A stretch of 64,000 nt of DNA from Desulfatiglandales bacterium (GCA_963667015.2 CAXXJJ010000001.1:256001-320000); one strand, 5' to 3'. Positions 49,963 through 60,047 are shown, numbered from the stretch's first letter. Program-made: numbers and translations. The notes: a model not told the origin generated them from the sequence alone.

Positions 49963-51447
49963 CTATCTTTTTTTCATCTGTTCATCAAATATCTCATACC
50001 GGTCAAGGTCCAGCCAGTATTGGATTGAAAGCTCCCTGACATCTTTAAAATATGCCTTGTTCATGCCTCCATGTTTATCGACCAGTTTTCGGATGTCCTT
50101 CTTTACCCTTTCCCATACCTCATTTTTAAGGGTCAGTGTGAGGATGACGTCTCCATAAAAAAATACTGCCGATGGTGCCGGCTTTCCTGTAATAACCTCT
50201 ATAGTCCCGCGGCCAAGACTTGCGCCTGTGGAAACCTGAAGGCCGTCATTCAGACAGCTGAGGGGAGGTTTGTTTCCTGCGCTGGATGTTACCTCAAGGG
50301 TATCAAAGGGCGCCTCAAGTATCTCTCTTGCCCTCACACCCATCTTGGCCCCTACAAGGGAATATATCCCCAGATGCCTGTGTAATTCATTTGTCAGCAG
50401 GCATGCCTTCCATTCCTCTATCCCGTATATATCTATTACCTTATTAACGATTGGCCGTACATCCTCCCTGAAAAATGAAGAGGCCCTGGGAATTTCTGAA
50501 AAAACAACCATTGTCCGCGGGCTCAGATGATAATCACCCGGCAGTCCCAGGGCAAGGAGATATGCATTTTCAATTCCTTCTGCATCTATCTCCTTAAGAA
50601 CCATCACCTTTTCATTGTCCTCTGAAGGAGAAAACCTGAACAGGGATGAATCATTAAAGAATATTGCAGTCAACTCGTCCCAAACATAAAAATGATCTTC
50701 ATCAAGTAATTTCATAATATCATCAGGTTCATGTACCTTTTCAATCATGCCGGAGGCCCGGGTTCCCAGCCCTTTTATCCTGTCAAAGAGATTGGCATTA
50801 AAACCTATAAGTTTTTCTGCGGGCAGTGTAATCGAATATATCTTCAGCCCCGAGGAAAAGACCGAACGGGCGGCATCAATGTCCCGAAGGCTGTTCCAGC
50901 CCGGATCACTTTCATCCGGGCCGGCGCCGTAATAGACAAGAGAGGCGATCCTGTTTTTGATTTCAGGATCGATCCTGAGGGCCTCTGCAAGATTAGTAAG
51001 CGGACCAAGGCAGAGGTAGATCACGGGTTCATCCATTGATTTTATTTTTGAGACGATTATTTCAGCCGCGGGGTTTTTATCTACATCCTCCCCATTAATC
51101 GACCTGCTTCCCGGAACTCTTATCTCCCTTATAAAACTCCTGACCTCAGGTTCAGGTTTGTTAAGGCTCTTCCCTTCTATTACCGGAATATCACTCCTGC
51201 TGAAATAATTGAGAAGGGCTTTAAGGTTTTTAATACCTTCCTCCGGTGACCTGACACCGTCGGAGGCGATAAAAACCGGGACCTGGACCACGTCGCTGTT
51301 TAGCAGCATTGTGATGGCCCTTATGTCATCCAGTGCCATGTCCGTATCAACTATTACAGGAAGTGCAGCATCATGGGCAGAGACCGGAATTTGAGGTAAA
51401 ACAAATAAAAAAAGTACTGATAAAAATATTTTTAGTAATCTGGTCAT
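49963..51447 (-). CDS. Secreted nucleoside-hydrolase-family domain fused to an FmdE-like domain
   Basis: DTDMALDD, LGPLTNLA, WN...D..AA, WD; C-terminal LHRHLG...GAKMG and SCLNDGLQVSTGASLGRG. Confidence 0.82.
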   Translation of the reverse strand: MTRLLKIFLSVLFLFVLPQIPVSAHDAALPVIVDTDMALDDIRAITMLLNSDVVQVPVFIASDGVRSPEEGIKNLKALLNYFSRSDIPVIEGKSLNKPEPEVRSFIREIRVPGSRSINGEDVDKNPAAEIIVSKIKSMDEPVIYLCLGPLTNLAEALRIDPEIKNRIASLVYYGAGPDESDPGWNSLRDIDAARSVFSSGLKIYSITLPAEKLIGFNANLFDRIKGLGTRASGMIEKVHEPDDIMKLLDEDHFYVWDELTAIFFNDSSLFRFSPSEDNEKVMVLKEIDAEGIENAYLLALGLPGDYHLSPRTMVVFSEIPRASSFFREDVRPIVNKVIDIYGIEEWKACLLTNELHRHLGIYSLVGAKMGVRAREILEAPFDTLEVTSSAGNKPPLSCLNDGLQVSTGASLGRGTIEVITGKPAPSAVFFYGDVILTLTLKNEVWERVKKDIRKLVDKHGGMNKAYFKDVRELSIQYWLDLDRYEIFDEQMKKR

Positions 51448-51465
51448 GTTTTTCTCTTACTCTCC

Positions 51466-53430
51466 CTAAAAGGTTACGGCAAACCCTGCCATGAAGTTTA
51501 AATCCGGCATAGGATAGCCTTTTTTCTGTTCATAATATGTGTCAGTAACGTTTTCAACTGCCAGGTATACCTGGCAGTCCATATCGGTATCAGGCAGTAA
51601 AAGGTCATAGCTTATTTTCCCGTTAACAAGAAAATAGGAATCGACCTGATCTACATTGACGGTATTTTCCATCCTTGCCCTGGATGTAACAAACTGTTTA
51701 TCAACATATTGTGTATCTATACTGATCTGGAAATTCCTCATGAACCGGTAATTTACACCTGTGCTGAAGGTCCACTCCGGTGCATAGGGAAGGTCGAACG
51801 GATCAGTGTCCAGGTATGTGAAGCCACCAAAAACCGAAAGCCCTGTTACAGGTATAAAGGAGACGTTGCCTTCAACCCCACTGTGTTTATATTCACCGAT
51901 ATTTGCAAGAACAGGCGGAAATGGAGGCGGCGGAGAAACGACTATCCTGTCCTTTCCATCGTCATAAAACCATGTAAGATCTGCGATGAAATACCTGTTG
52001 AATTTATGCTCAATTCCTATTTCAAAATGATCAAGTATTTCTGCATTAAGCGCCTTCCACCGGTTTTCTCCAGGCATCCAGAGTGTATCCTGTATCTTCG
52101 CATAAATACCGGGGTAATTGATACCTTTACCATATGATGCATGAAGTTTGGTTTCTTTATGGCCAATGACCAGGCCAAGCTGTGGAGCGGTTTCGCTTTC
52201 AAAAATACTGTGGTTCAGGTATCTGACACCTATGGATGGTGTGAAATAAAAATCCTCGCTGTTTCCAAACATATGGCTTATCGCCATGTAGGGAGATACT
52301 ATGCGGAAGGTCTCTTCCGGAAATTCACTGTCACCGGCATCAGGATCATGGAACCTGGCCTTCCCGCTTATATAATCGAGGTCCATGCCCAGGATGATCT
52401 CTCCATTTTCCCAGAATGACACTGTTTCACGGGCCTTTATTCCGTAATTTTGGTAATCGGTCAATGTATCCAGACCCCGAGTTCCTTCCTGATTTACCCA
52501 GTCTATATCTCCGCTGTCATTATAAAGCTTGATATATCCATTTCCCCGGTCGTGGCTGTTTGATATTGTTGCCACGGCAAATGTATCTTCATTGTTAAAT
52601 CTTCCGTCAGGGGGTACTGAGCCGTCAGCCGGCCCTGAGCCGTCAGCCGGCCCCGGATCATCTGCCCAGTTATCTGTGTGGATGAGGGTAAAATCAAAAC
52701 GCCATTCGGTAGTAAAATCGTAGCCTAAATGACAGAAAATGTCCTGGAGTTCTCCATCTGCATTTTTTCTGTGTCCTTCCGAACCCCGGTATCCCCCAAG
52801 AAGGTAATAATCAAATTTCTCAAATTTCCCGCCGTTTTCCAGAGAACTTGAAACAGTGCTGTTTGAGCCGTATGATGATTGAATCCGGGTGTAATAACCT
52901 TTATCTTTCACACGTTTTGACCGGATGTCCACTGCCCCGAATGCCATATTACCGAAAAGCACCGGCTGCGCACCTTTATAGACATCAATCGTGTCAACGA
53001 TGTCCACATTCAGGACGTCCATGAGCGGATGCGTCCATACACTGACAAATTTGGGGATACCATCTATCAGGGTCTGGATCTCTGCTCCCGGACGTGAACT
53101 GCCTTTTCCCCTAATGAAAAGTGCACCGCCCTCTCCACCTCCAAAGCTTCCAACAAGGTTATGTCTTGAGATTACAACCCCCGGAACTCTTCGCAGGGCG
53201 GAAGTAAGATCCATGGCATTAAGATTCACAATCTGTTCCTGTGTCACATGAGTGATTTGACTGCCGAGTCTGTTCACCGCGTTTTCATCAATTATTGCCC
53301 GGGTTGTTACGACTATATCATCAAACTGATAGACTTTGATTTCATCTGCATCGTCTTCTGCAAGGGTATACTGGCTAAAAATCAACAGGTTAATCAATAT
53401 CAGGTACAGAAATTTCCGCTTAACTTTCAT
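51466..53430 (-). CDS. TonB-dependent receptor
   Basis: TonB-box-like DDIVVT, plug (ALRRVPGV; IRG; LIDG; IDVYKG), beta-barrel, C-terminal Phe. Confidence 0.93.
   Translation of the reverse strand: MKVKRKFLYLILINLLIFSQYTLAEDDADEIKVYQFDDIVVTTRAIIDENAVNRLGSQITHVTQEQIVNLNAMDLTSALRRVPGVVISRHNLVGSFGGGEGGALFIRGKGSSRPGAEIQTLIDGIPKFVSVWTHPLMDVLNVDIVDTIDVYKGAQPVLFGNMAFGAVDIRSKRVKDKGYYTRIQSSYGSNSTVSSSLENGGKFEKFDYYLLGGYRGSEGHRKNADGELQDIFCHLGYDFTTEWRFDFTLIHTDNWADDPGPADGSGPADGSVPPDGRFNNEDTFAVATISNSHDRGNGYIKLYNDSGDIDWVNQEGTRGLDTLTDYQNYGIKARETVSFWENGEIILGMDLDYISGKARFHDPDAGDSEFPEETFRIVSPYMAISHMFGNSEDFYFTPSIGVRYLNHSIFESETAPQLGLVIGHKETKLHASYGKGINYPGIYAKIQDTLWMPGENRWKALNAEILDHFEIGIEHKFNRYFIADLTWFYDDGKDRIVVSPPPPFPPVLANIGEYKHSGVEGNVSFIPVTGLSVFGGFTYLDTDPFDLPYAPEWTFSTGVNYRFMRNFQISIDTQYVDKQFVTSRARMENTVNVDQVDSYFLVNGKISYDLLLPDTDMDCQVYLAVENVTDTYYEQKKGYPMPDLNFMAGFAVTF
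52617..52652. repeat. Perfect 18-bp tandem duplication (GPADGS x2) in the TonB receptor
   Basis: CTGAGCCGTCAGCCGGCC twice. Confidence 0.9.
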
Positions 53431-53531
53431 TGTCTCTTTCCTCCTCTAATCCCTGCTTTACATTCATGCTTCAGCATGACTAAGGCTTAAAGACCATAGC
53501 TCCGATATCTGCTGTAAAATCCGGATCAAAT

Positions 53532-53587
53532 AAAAAAAGCCAGGAATTCTTAGCCGGTATACTGACCGGTTAAGCCTTCTTGGCTTT
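53532..53587 (-). terminator. Long terminator/attenuator-like hairpin upstream of the TonB receptor
   Basis: AAAGCCAAGAAGGCTTAACCGGT-CAGTAT-ACCGGCTAAGAATTCCTGGCTTTTTTT on the minus strand. Confidence 0.65.
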
Positions 53588-53701
53588 AATAGTTAAATTA
53601 TTCTGCTGTTCTTTCTTTTTTAACGGGCGTAATTTCGTATTACGTCATATTGATTATAACAGCTATAAAAAATTAAGATTTTTGTCAACTCTATATTATG
53701 T

Positions 53702-54574
53702 CTATTCCGAGTCCAGCCCCCAGGATTTGAACATATCCTTGTAAAATTGTGGACGTTCAAAATCAGGTTTTAATGACATGTGCTGTTCCCTGTGGGAATA
53801 CATCTTTCCCCTCTGTTTCAGGCTTGCCATCAGGGCATCCATTCTTTGTCGGGGAACCGCAAGTATCATTTCATCCTCCCTGGCCAGTCCCCTTTGATAT
53901 TCTCCGGGATCAGGGAGAACTACAACATATTTTCCCGTCTTCATCGGATCAACAACCGCATGCCCGCAGGAAGGCAGAAACAATTCTGTACTCACATCAG
54001 ATGCACCTCCGCCAAAGGACAGCGGCAGCAACGTGCCCCTGAGCTGGGCGGGGTTCATATAGATAAGGACAACATCGGGCATAAAGGCGGCACTCTTAAG
54101 AGGAGCTGAAACTATGCCGACATATTTACCGGTCTCGAAACTCATATAGGATTCTGTATAACCACCCACTGATTTTGATTTTTCAACCATGCCATAGGCC
54201 ATAAGTGCAGTAGGACACCAGTGATCTTCCTTTAACATGGCAACTGTTTTTCCTTCCATGCGCGACAGACTGAATGCCTGACACTGGGCCAGGTGGTAGC
54301 CGCCGTCCCTTTTCGGCCGAAAGGAGCCCTGTGGAATATCCGCTTCCTTTTCAAGCATTTTTACTGCAAGCGGATATGTCCTGAGAAGCAGACCGGTTTC
54401 CAGATCTTCTCCATATTTATTAAATGTATTCAAATTGGTTCCGGAATTTTCTTCGCCCGTTGCTGCATGTGCGGCAGTAGCAGTAGAAATAGCCGTACCC
54501 GCTGTTGCAAGGGCTACGGCACCCAGTCCAACTCCCAAAACTTCACGCCTTGTAAATTCATTTTTCACGATCAA
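53702..54574 (-). CDS. DUF169-family protein with twin-arginine signal peptide
   Basis: FTRREVL...AHA signal; PLAVK, CQA...R, C P, APL....PDVV.IY..PAQ, E...A.P motifs. Confidence 0.8.
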   Translation of the reverse strand: MIVKNEFTRREVLGVGLGAVALATAGTAISTATAAHAATGEENSGTNLNTFNKYGEDLETGLLLRTYPLAVKMLEKEADIPQGSFRPKRDGGYHLAQCQAFSLSRMEGKTVAMLKEDHWCPTALMAYGMVEKSKSVGGYTESYMSFETGKYVGIVSAPLKSAAFMPDVVLIYMNPAQLRGTLLPLSFGGGASDVSTELFLPSCGHAVVDPMKTGKYVVVLPDPGEYQRGLAREDEMILAVPRQRMDALMASLKQRGKMYSHREQHMSLKPDFERPQFYKDMFKSWGLDSE

Positions 54575-54632
54575 TCCTCCTGTGTTCAGGGTTATTATTC
54601 TATGTTAATCACTGTATTATGACTTTCAAATA

Positions 54633-56354
54633 CTAATTGGAATCCGGTACTCCTGGTCCTTCGGGAACGACCAGGGGTTTATCTGTCAGGTTAACGCTAA
54701 GCGTATGAATCCATTTATAATTACCTTTTACCAGCCTGAAGGTATGTGAATCGGGCATACCGTTTTTCATGTTGCCAAATTTGCAGAATACGTTAACAGA
54801 TCCCATATCTTCATCAACTACAAATGTGCGGCCTACAATGGGAAGTTCCCCAAGAGGAGCAGGTATCCAGCAGGTGTCCTTTTCTTCATTTTTCGTGTTA
54901 GTATACATCCCCCCCTCAAGCCTTGCGCAGGGAACACCTCCAAAAGGCGGGCGGATGCCTTTATCCATAAAAACAAAATCAAAATACTGGTTGGCCGCAT
55001 CAACAAGATCCTGACGGCTTACACGGTCATCAGGAGCAAGCACCGGCCAGTCTTCCGCCGTTGAATACTTGAGGTAATCATCGGCATTAAACAGCCAGTC
55101 CTTTTTGCTGGTAACCAGGCTGTCGATCTCTTTAACCTTTCCCTTGTCAACCTTAAGGCGTGTGCCAAGGACATATTTTTCAGGACCTTCGGTTACTATT
55201 ACTTCCGTAAAGGTCTTGCAGCGAACCGTATCGTAAATACTTTTGTGATGGGCTATTTTCAGGGGAGTGTTCCACATGCCTTTGTCCTGTGTGGTCTCAC
55301 TCATGTCCTCCATATATTTGACTTTTTCAGCAAGTGCCATTTTGGAAAGATCGCCTGCCTCCTGGGCTGCAATATAACTGTCAGTTGCCGCCATCAGCAT
55401 GGCCCTGTCACACTCGGGGTCTGGGTCTGGTTTGTATTCGGGCACTTCTACTTCTTTTCCGGATATATTAACGCTCAGGGTATGAATGTTTCGGTATTTC
55501 CCGTTTACAAGCCTGAATGTATGTGAGTCCGGCATGCCTTTGGCATTGTCTTCAAACAGGCAGTATATATTTACAACACCCATTTCTTCATCAACTACAA
55601 ATGTACGGTTCGAGACAAACATCTCTCCGAGCGGGGCAGGAATCTGACAGGTGTCCTTGTCTTCCATTTTTTCGTTGGTATAGGCTCCACCCTCGAGCCT
55701 TGCACATGGGCTGCCCCATGGCGGTCTTATTCCCTTATCCAGGAAGATAAAATCAAAATACTGGTTGGCTGCATCGACAAGTTCCTGCCTGCTGACACGG
55801 TCGTCAAGTGGAAGGATAGGCCAGTCTTCAGCCTTTGAATATTTGAGATAAGCGTCGGCATCAAACAACCAGTCTTCCTTGTCTGTTACAAGGCTGTCGA
55901 CCTCGGTAATATTTCCGTCGTCTACCGTAAGGCGGGTTCCTACAACATACTGGTGATCGCCTTCGGTGACTATCACTTCGGTAAATGTCTTGCAGCGGGC
56001 AGTATCAAAAATACTACGGTGAAAGGCAATGGGTAATGCCTTATTTATAAGGCTCCTGTCCTTTGTAATCCTGCTGAAATCCTCTTTAAACTTCGCATCC
56101 GCTGAGAGAGACATTTTAGACAGATCTCCAGTTTCCTGGGCGGCAATATAACTTTCGGTAGCGTCTATAAGCATAAACCTTGTACATTCACGTGATGGCG
56201 GGGTATAGGCAAATGGATCTGGCGCTGGTTCTGCCGCCTCTTCTGCCGCAATTGCCTTTGCGGTAAAAGTGCTGTACAGTGAACCGCCATACATTACTGC
56301 ACCCAGAAGGCAACCGCATAACAAGGCTGATATATTCTTTGTTGCTCTGATCAT
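54633..56354 (-). CDS. Secreted protein with two tandem homologous domains of about 250 aa
   Basis: C.R.ML..AT.SYIAAQE.GD...RCKTFTEVIVT...DWLF.AD.YLKYS...PCARLEGG.YT...MPDSHTFRLV occurs twice. Confidence 0.85.
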   Translation of the reverse strand: MIRATKNISALLCGCLLGAVMYGGSLYSTFTAKAIAAEEAAEPAPDPFAYTPPSRECTRFMLIDATESYIAAQETGDLSKMSLSADAKFKEDFSRITKDRSLINKALPIAFHRSIFDTARCKTFTEVIVTEGDHQYVVGTRLTVDDGNITEVDSLVTDKEDWLFDADAYLKYSKAEDWPILPLDDRVSRQELVDAANQYFDFIFLDKGIRPPWGSPCARLEGGAYTNEKMEDKDTCQIPAPLGEMFVSNRTFVVDEEMGVVNIYCLFEDNAKGMPDSHTFRLVNGKYRNIHTLSVNISGKEVEVPEYKPDPDPECDRAMLMAATDSYIAAQEAGDLSKMALAEKVKYMEDMSETTQDKGMWNTPLKIAHHKSIYDTVRCKTFTEVIVTEGPEKYVLGTRLKVDKGKVKEIDSLVTSKKDWLFNADDYLKYSTAEDWPVLAPDDRVSRQDLVDAANQYFDFVFMDKGIRPPFGGVPCARLEGGMYTNTKNEEKDTCWIPAPLGELPIVGRTFVVDEDMGSVNVFCKFGNMKNGMPDSHTFRLVKGNYKWIHTLSVNLTDKPLVVPEGPGVPDSN

Positions 56355-56640
56355 ATGTCCTCCATATCTATTTGTTGAGGTGAAATCCCTTCACCGGGAT
56401 TCAATTTGAAAAAACACAGATGTGTCAATGAAACTGGCTGTACATAGTATTTTGGCTACCTGCCTTTGTCAAGGATTTCACACCTGCATTCAATTATACA
56501 TAGTAACTTTTCGCCTGAAATATTCTTAAATGAGCTGATTTTTGTATTTTAGGAGAAAAGAAATAGAAAAATTGACTTTTATGGATTCTTGACTACTTTA
56601 TTCTAATTAGAGTTTCAATATTGTTTCATGGAGGCTGAAC

Positions 56641-57069
56641 ATGAAAAATTTTCTAATTATTTTTATTGCAGTGCTTTTAATCTCCGGTATCACATATGCG
56701 TCAGGTGAAACATATGACTCATTAAAAGGATCTTTCGGGATGTATGATGTTTCGGCTCAAATGGTTGTTCTAAACAAGATAGAATCACAGACAGATCCGG
56801 AGACGGAAAAAATGACCCTTGGCGGACTGACTCTTAAATTTGATTTTTTCGAAGATGAGCTGGCCCAGGAAAATGGATTACAGGTAGCATATGTTCATTT
56901 TACAGATAATAAAGATAACTATATTCTGACATATCATGTGGATGGAAATAATGTTGTTAAAATTATACTTTTCTCAAAAAACGGCGACTTTATAAATAAA
57001 GAATTATATCCGGACAAAGACCCTGATAAAAAAGAAACCAGCCCTGAGGAGAAAAAACAAGGCCAGTGA
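56641..57069 (+). CDS. Hypothetical secreted protein
   Basis: RBS GGAGG; signal peptide; GTGA overlap with the next gene. Confidence 0.7.
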   Translation: MKNFLIIFIAVLLISGITYASGETYDSLKGSFGMYDVSAQMVVLNKIESQTDPETEKMTLGGLTLKFDFFEDELAQENGLQVAYVHFTDNKDNYILTYHVDGNNVVKIILFSKNGDFINKELYPDKDPDKKETSPEEKKQGQ

Positions 57070-58529
57070 TAATATATGCTCTTATTTCAGCATTGATCTG
57101 GCTTGCGGTTACACTGCTCAGCCATGGTTATCTTGAAACAGGCGGTTTTTTCTTTGACCTCCCAAATGGACAAATGCCCTTTGGGAGGTTTTTTATTTTA
57201 TATGTACTGGCGTTCATACTTTATCTGATCACTGTTATCAAGGTTTCAAGACTTCCGGCAGACAGGCGAAACATATTTATTGTTATTTCCGGGGCAATTG
57301 TCTTCCGCCTGATTCTACTGCCCGGCATTCCAGTCCATGAAAACGACATATATAGATATATCTGGGATGGCAAGGTCTCTAATGCCGGTATCAACCCCTA
57401 TAAATATCCACCGATTCAGGCGAGTATAAAGCCTAATGTCTCTGACTTGGAATCAATGACAGATTCTTCTGCCCTGGAGACAGGTTTAAAACCTGTCTCT
57501 ACAGTGATAAGCTCTGATTTTGAAAAACTAAAAAAGACAAGAGATGACAATTCGAAATTTTACCGGCGTATAAGCTTTAAGGATATTCCTACTGTCTATC
57601 CCCCTTTTGCCCAGGCTGTATTTGCCCTTTCTACCTTTATTGCTCCCGGTTCAATATTTTTTATGAAGTTTCTGTTTGTACTCTTTGATACAGCAGTAAT
57701 TTTTCTGCTGTATATGATTCTGAAAGAGATGAAACAAAATCCCCTTTACGTTGTTGTATATGCGTGGAACCCCCTTGTTCTGAAGGAGTTTGCCAATTCC
57801 GGGCATTATGATTCTCTTGCCATTTGCTGTGTTATGCTTGCGGTGTACCTGATGTTAAAAAAGAGATATATTTTTTCTTCTATCTCGCTGGGGCTCGGGG
57901 TTTTGTCAAAGTTTTACCCGATAATTTTTATTCCTTTTTTCCTGATTAAAAAACAATATAAAGCTGTTCCTGTCAGCCTGGCTGTTATTGGAGCAGGGTA
58001 CCTGCCTTTCTTTATCTGGGGAAAAACTGGTCTGAGGTCAGTTTTTGCTGGCTTTGGCACATATACCCGGGAGTGGGCAAATAATGGATTTATCTTTAGT
58101 ATCATCCACGCACTGACTGCAATCTTTGTTTATGATCCTTACATTTTATCAAGAATCTTATGCGGCACTATTTTCGTGATTATCTGGATATTCATTTATT
58201 TCAATAAACAGGATCTTCCGGGAAAGATGTTTTGGGCCCTGACTGCAATGTTTCTTCTTTCTCCTGTCGGCGATCCCTGGTACTTCTGCTGGGTGATTCC
58301 ATTTTTGTGTATCTACAGACAGTTCAGCCTGATTATCCTTTCAGGTCTGCTGATATTGCATTACTTTATTTTTACCCGTGATTTTGGTGCAGTTCATATC
58401 GGGAGCTTTAAAATTGTTAACCTGCTTCTGATGCAGTATGTGCCGTTTTTTCTGTTTTTTATAATTGAGGGGCGCTTCAAATATGGTATTTATAGTAAAT
58501 TAAATCACATGAAACCGAAATCACTGTAG
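57066..58529 (+). CDS. GT-C membrane glycosyltransferase (GT87-like)
   Basis: ENDIYRYIWDG...NPY...P, TVYPP, YAWNPL...E...GHYD, PWY motifs; multiple TM helices. Confidence 0.85.
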   Translation: MIIYALISALIWLAVTLLSHGYLETGGFFFDLPNGQMPFGRFFILYVLAFILYLITVIKVSRLPADRRNIFIVISGAIVFRLILLPGIPVHENDIYRYIWDGKVSNAGINPYKYPPIQASIKPNVSDLESMTDSSALETGLKPVSTVISSDFEKLKKTRDDNSKFYRRISFKDIPTVYPPFAQAVFALSTFIAPGSIFFMKFLFVLFDTAVIFLLYMILKEMKQNPLYVVVYAWNPLVLKEFANSGHYDSLAICCVMLAVYLMLKKRYIFSSISLGLGVLSKFYPIIFIPFFLIKKQYKAVPVSLAVIGAGYLPFFIWGKTGLRSVFAGFGTYTREWANNGFIFSIIHALTAIFVYDPYILSRILCGTIFVIIWIFIYFNKQDLPGKMFWALTAMFLLSPVGDPWYFCWVIPFLCIYRQFSLIILSGLLILHYFIFTRDFGAVHIGSFKIVNLLLMQYVPFFLFFIIEGRFKYGIYSKLNHMKPKSL

Positions 58530-59279
58530 GGGCACGCCGCAGTGTGCCCCTACAAAATCATTTTCCGCCAAAACTATAATACAGTACTTCTTAAAATTTA
58601 TATGAATAATAAACTCCAAAACAAAAAACGACGTTCCATTCGCCTAAAAGGATATGATTATTCAGCGTCAGGTTTGTATTTTATTACCATATGCACATGG
58701 AAACATTTGCATCTGTTCGGTGAGATAGAAGATGATCTGATGGTCTTATATAGATATGGCAAAACAGCTGAACATGAATGGCAAAGAACAGACGAATTAA
58801 GGAATAATATAAAATTACATGAATTTGTAATTATGCCAAACCATTTGCATGGCATAATCGAAATAATTAATTACCACGGCGTAGATCGTAGGGGCACGGC
58901 GCACCGTGCCCAAATAACAGGAGGATGCACACCACAAAAAGAACAATTTGGAAAGCCATCCCCAAATTCCATCCCAACCATTATCCGAAGTTACAAGAGT
59001 GCAGTTACAAAAAATATCAGGGAACAGGAAAATAATCCCGATTTAAATATATGGCAGAGAAATTACTATGAACACATAATTCGAAATGAAGAATCATATC
59101 TGAAAATTTCCGAATATATTTTGACCAATCCTTTGAAATGGAGATTGGATAAATATTTTGGATGAACGGTCATGGTGGTTTGACACTTAATGGGCACAGC
59201 GCGCTGTGCCCCTACTGTGGATAGGCAAACCTAATTAGATATTTGCAGAACCATTGTAGGGGCACTACGCATCGTGCTC
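58526..59279. repeat. Cluster of four GTAG-type REP palindromes around and inside the RAYT gene
   Basis: 58526-58553 GTAGGGGCACGCCGCAGTGTGCCCCTAC; 58888-58911 GTAGGGGCACGGCGCACCGTGCCC; 59192-59215 GGGCACAGCGCGCTGTGCCCCTAC; 59256-59279 GTAGGGGCACTACGCATCGTGCTC. Confidence 0.88.
58602..59165 (+). CDS. REP-associated tyrosine transposase (RAYT/TnpA-REP, HUH Y1)
   Basis: RRSIRLKGYDYS, YFITICT, VIMPNHLHGI (HUH), WQRNYYEHIIRNE, YI..NP..W. Confidence 0.92.
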   Translation: MNNKLQNKKRRSIRLKGYDYSASGLYFITICTWKHLHLFGEIEDDLMVLYRYGKTAEHEWQRTDELRNNIKLHEFVIMPNHLHGIIEIINYHGVDRRGTAHRAQITGGCTPQKEQFGKPSPNSIPTIIRSYKSAVTKNIREQENNPDLNIWQRNYYEHIIRNEESYLKISEYILTNPLKWRLDKYFG

Positions 59280-59344
59280 TTTCGGGTAGATAGCAACAAA
59301 ATAATCATAAAGCGTAATGACAATACATCAGTCCGGGACCTGCA

Positions 59345-60037
59345 ATGTATAAAAACAATAAAATATCAGTAATAATCCCTGCATTAAACGAAGAAAAGTC
59401 TATCCAACTGGCAATAAATGATCTACCGAAGGATATTGTGGATGAGATCATTGTGGTGGATAACGGCAGCAGTGACAACACACTACTTGTTGCAGAAAAG
59501 GCAGGCGCAAAGGTTGTAAGGGAAAATATTAAAGGTTATGGTGCAGCCTGCCAGAGGGGGATTAGCAGCGCCGAATCCCCGGATATAATCGTTATCCTGG
59601 ATGCTGATTACAGTGATTATCCTGACAGAATAAGCCTGCTGCTTGATCCCATTGTGGACCATGGTTTTGATATGGTCCTGGGGTCGAGAACCCTGGGGAA
59701 TGTTGAAAAAGGCTCGCTGACTTTCCCTCAAATTTTTGGAAACAGGCTTGCAACATTTTTGATCGCCATAGTCACAGGCTTTAAATACACGGACATGGGG
59801 CCTTTCCGGGCGATCAGGGCACAAAAACTGAAAATTCTCCATATGACAGATAAAAATTACGGCTGGAATGTTGAAATGCAGATAAAGGCCGTAAAACAGG
59901 GATTGAAAATTAAAGAGGTCCCTGTGGATTACAGAAACCGTATAGGAACCTCGAAAATAAGCGGTACAGTATCAGGAGTAATAAAGGCCGGATTCAAGAT
60001 TATCTATTCTGTTTTCAAATATGCTATTAAAAAATAG
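59345..60037 (+). CDS. GT2 polyprenol-phosphate glycosyltransferase-like protein
   Basis: VIIPALNEE, VVDNGSSD, GYGAAC, DAD, TDMGPFRAI, YGWNVEMQ, R.GTSKISG. Confidence 0.92.
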   Translation: MYKNNKISVIIPALNEEKSIQLAINDLPKDIVDEIIVVDNGSSDNTLLVAEKAGAKVVRENIKGYGAACQRGISSAESPDIIVILDADYSDYPDRISLLLDPIVDHGFDMVLGSRTLGNVEKGSLTFPQIFGNRLATFLIAIVTGFKYTDMGPFRAIRAQKLKILHMTDKNYGWNVEMQIKAVKQGLKIKEVPVDYRNRIGTSKISGTVSGVIKAGFKIIYSVFKYAIKK

Positions 60038-60047
60038 ATATGAGAGA

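Noticed and set aside
53431..53700. Cobalamin or Moco riboswitch upstream of the TonB receptor
   Set aside because: No B12-box or Moco/Tuco consensus is visible; only a terminator-like hairpin.
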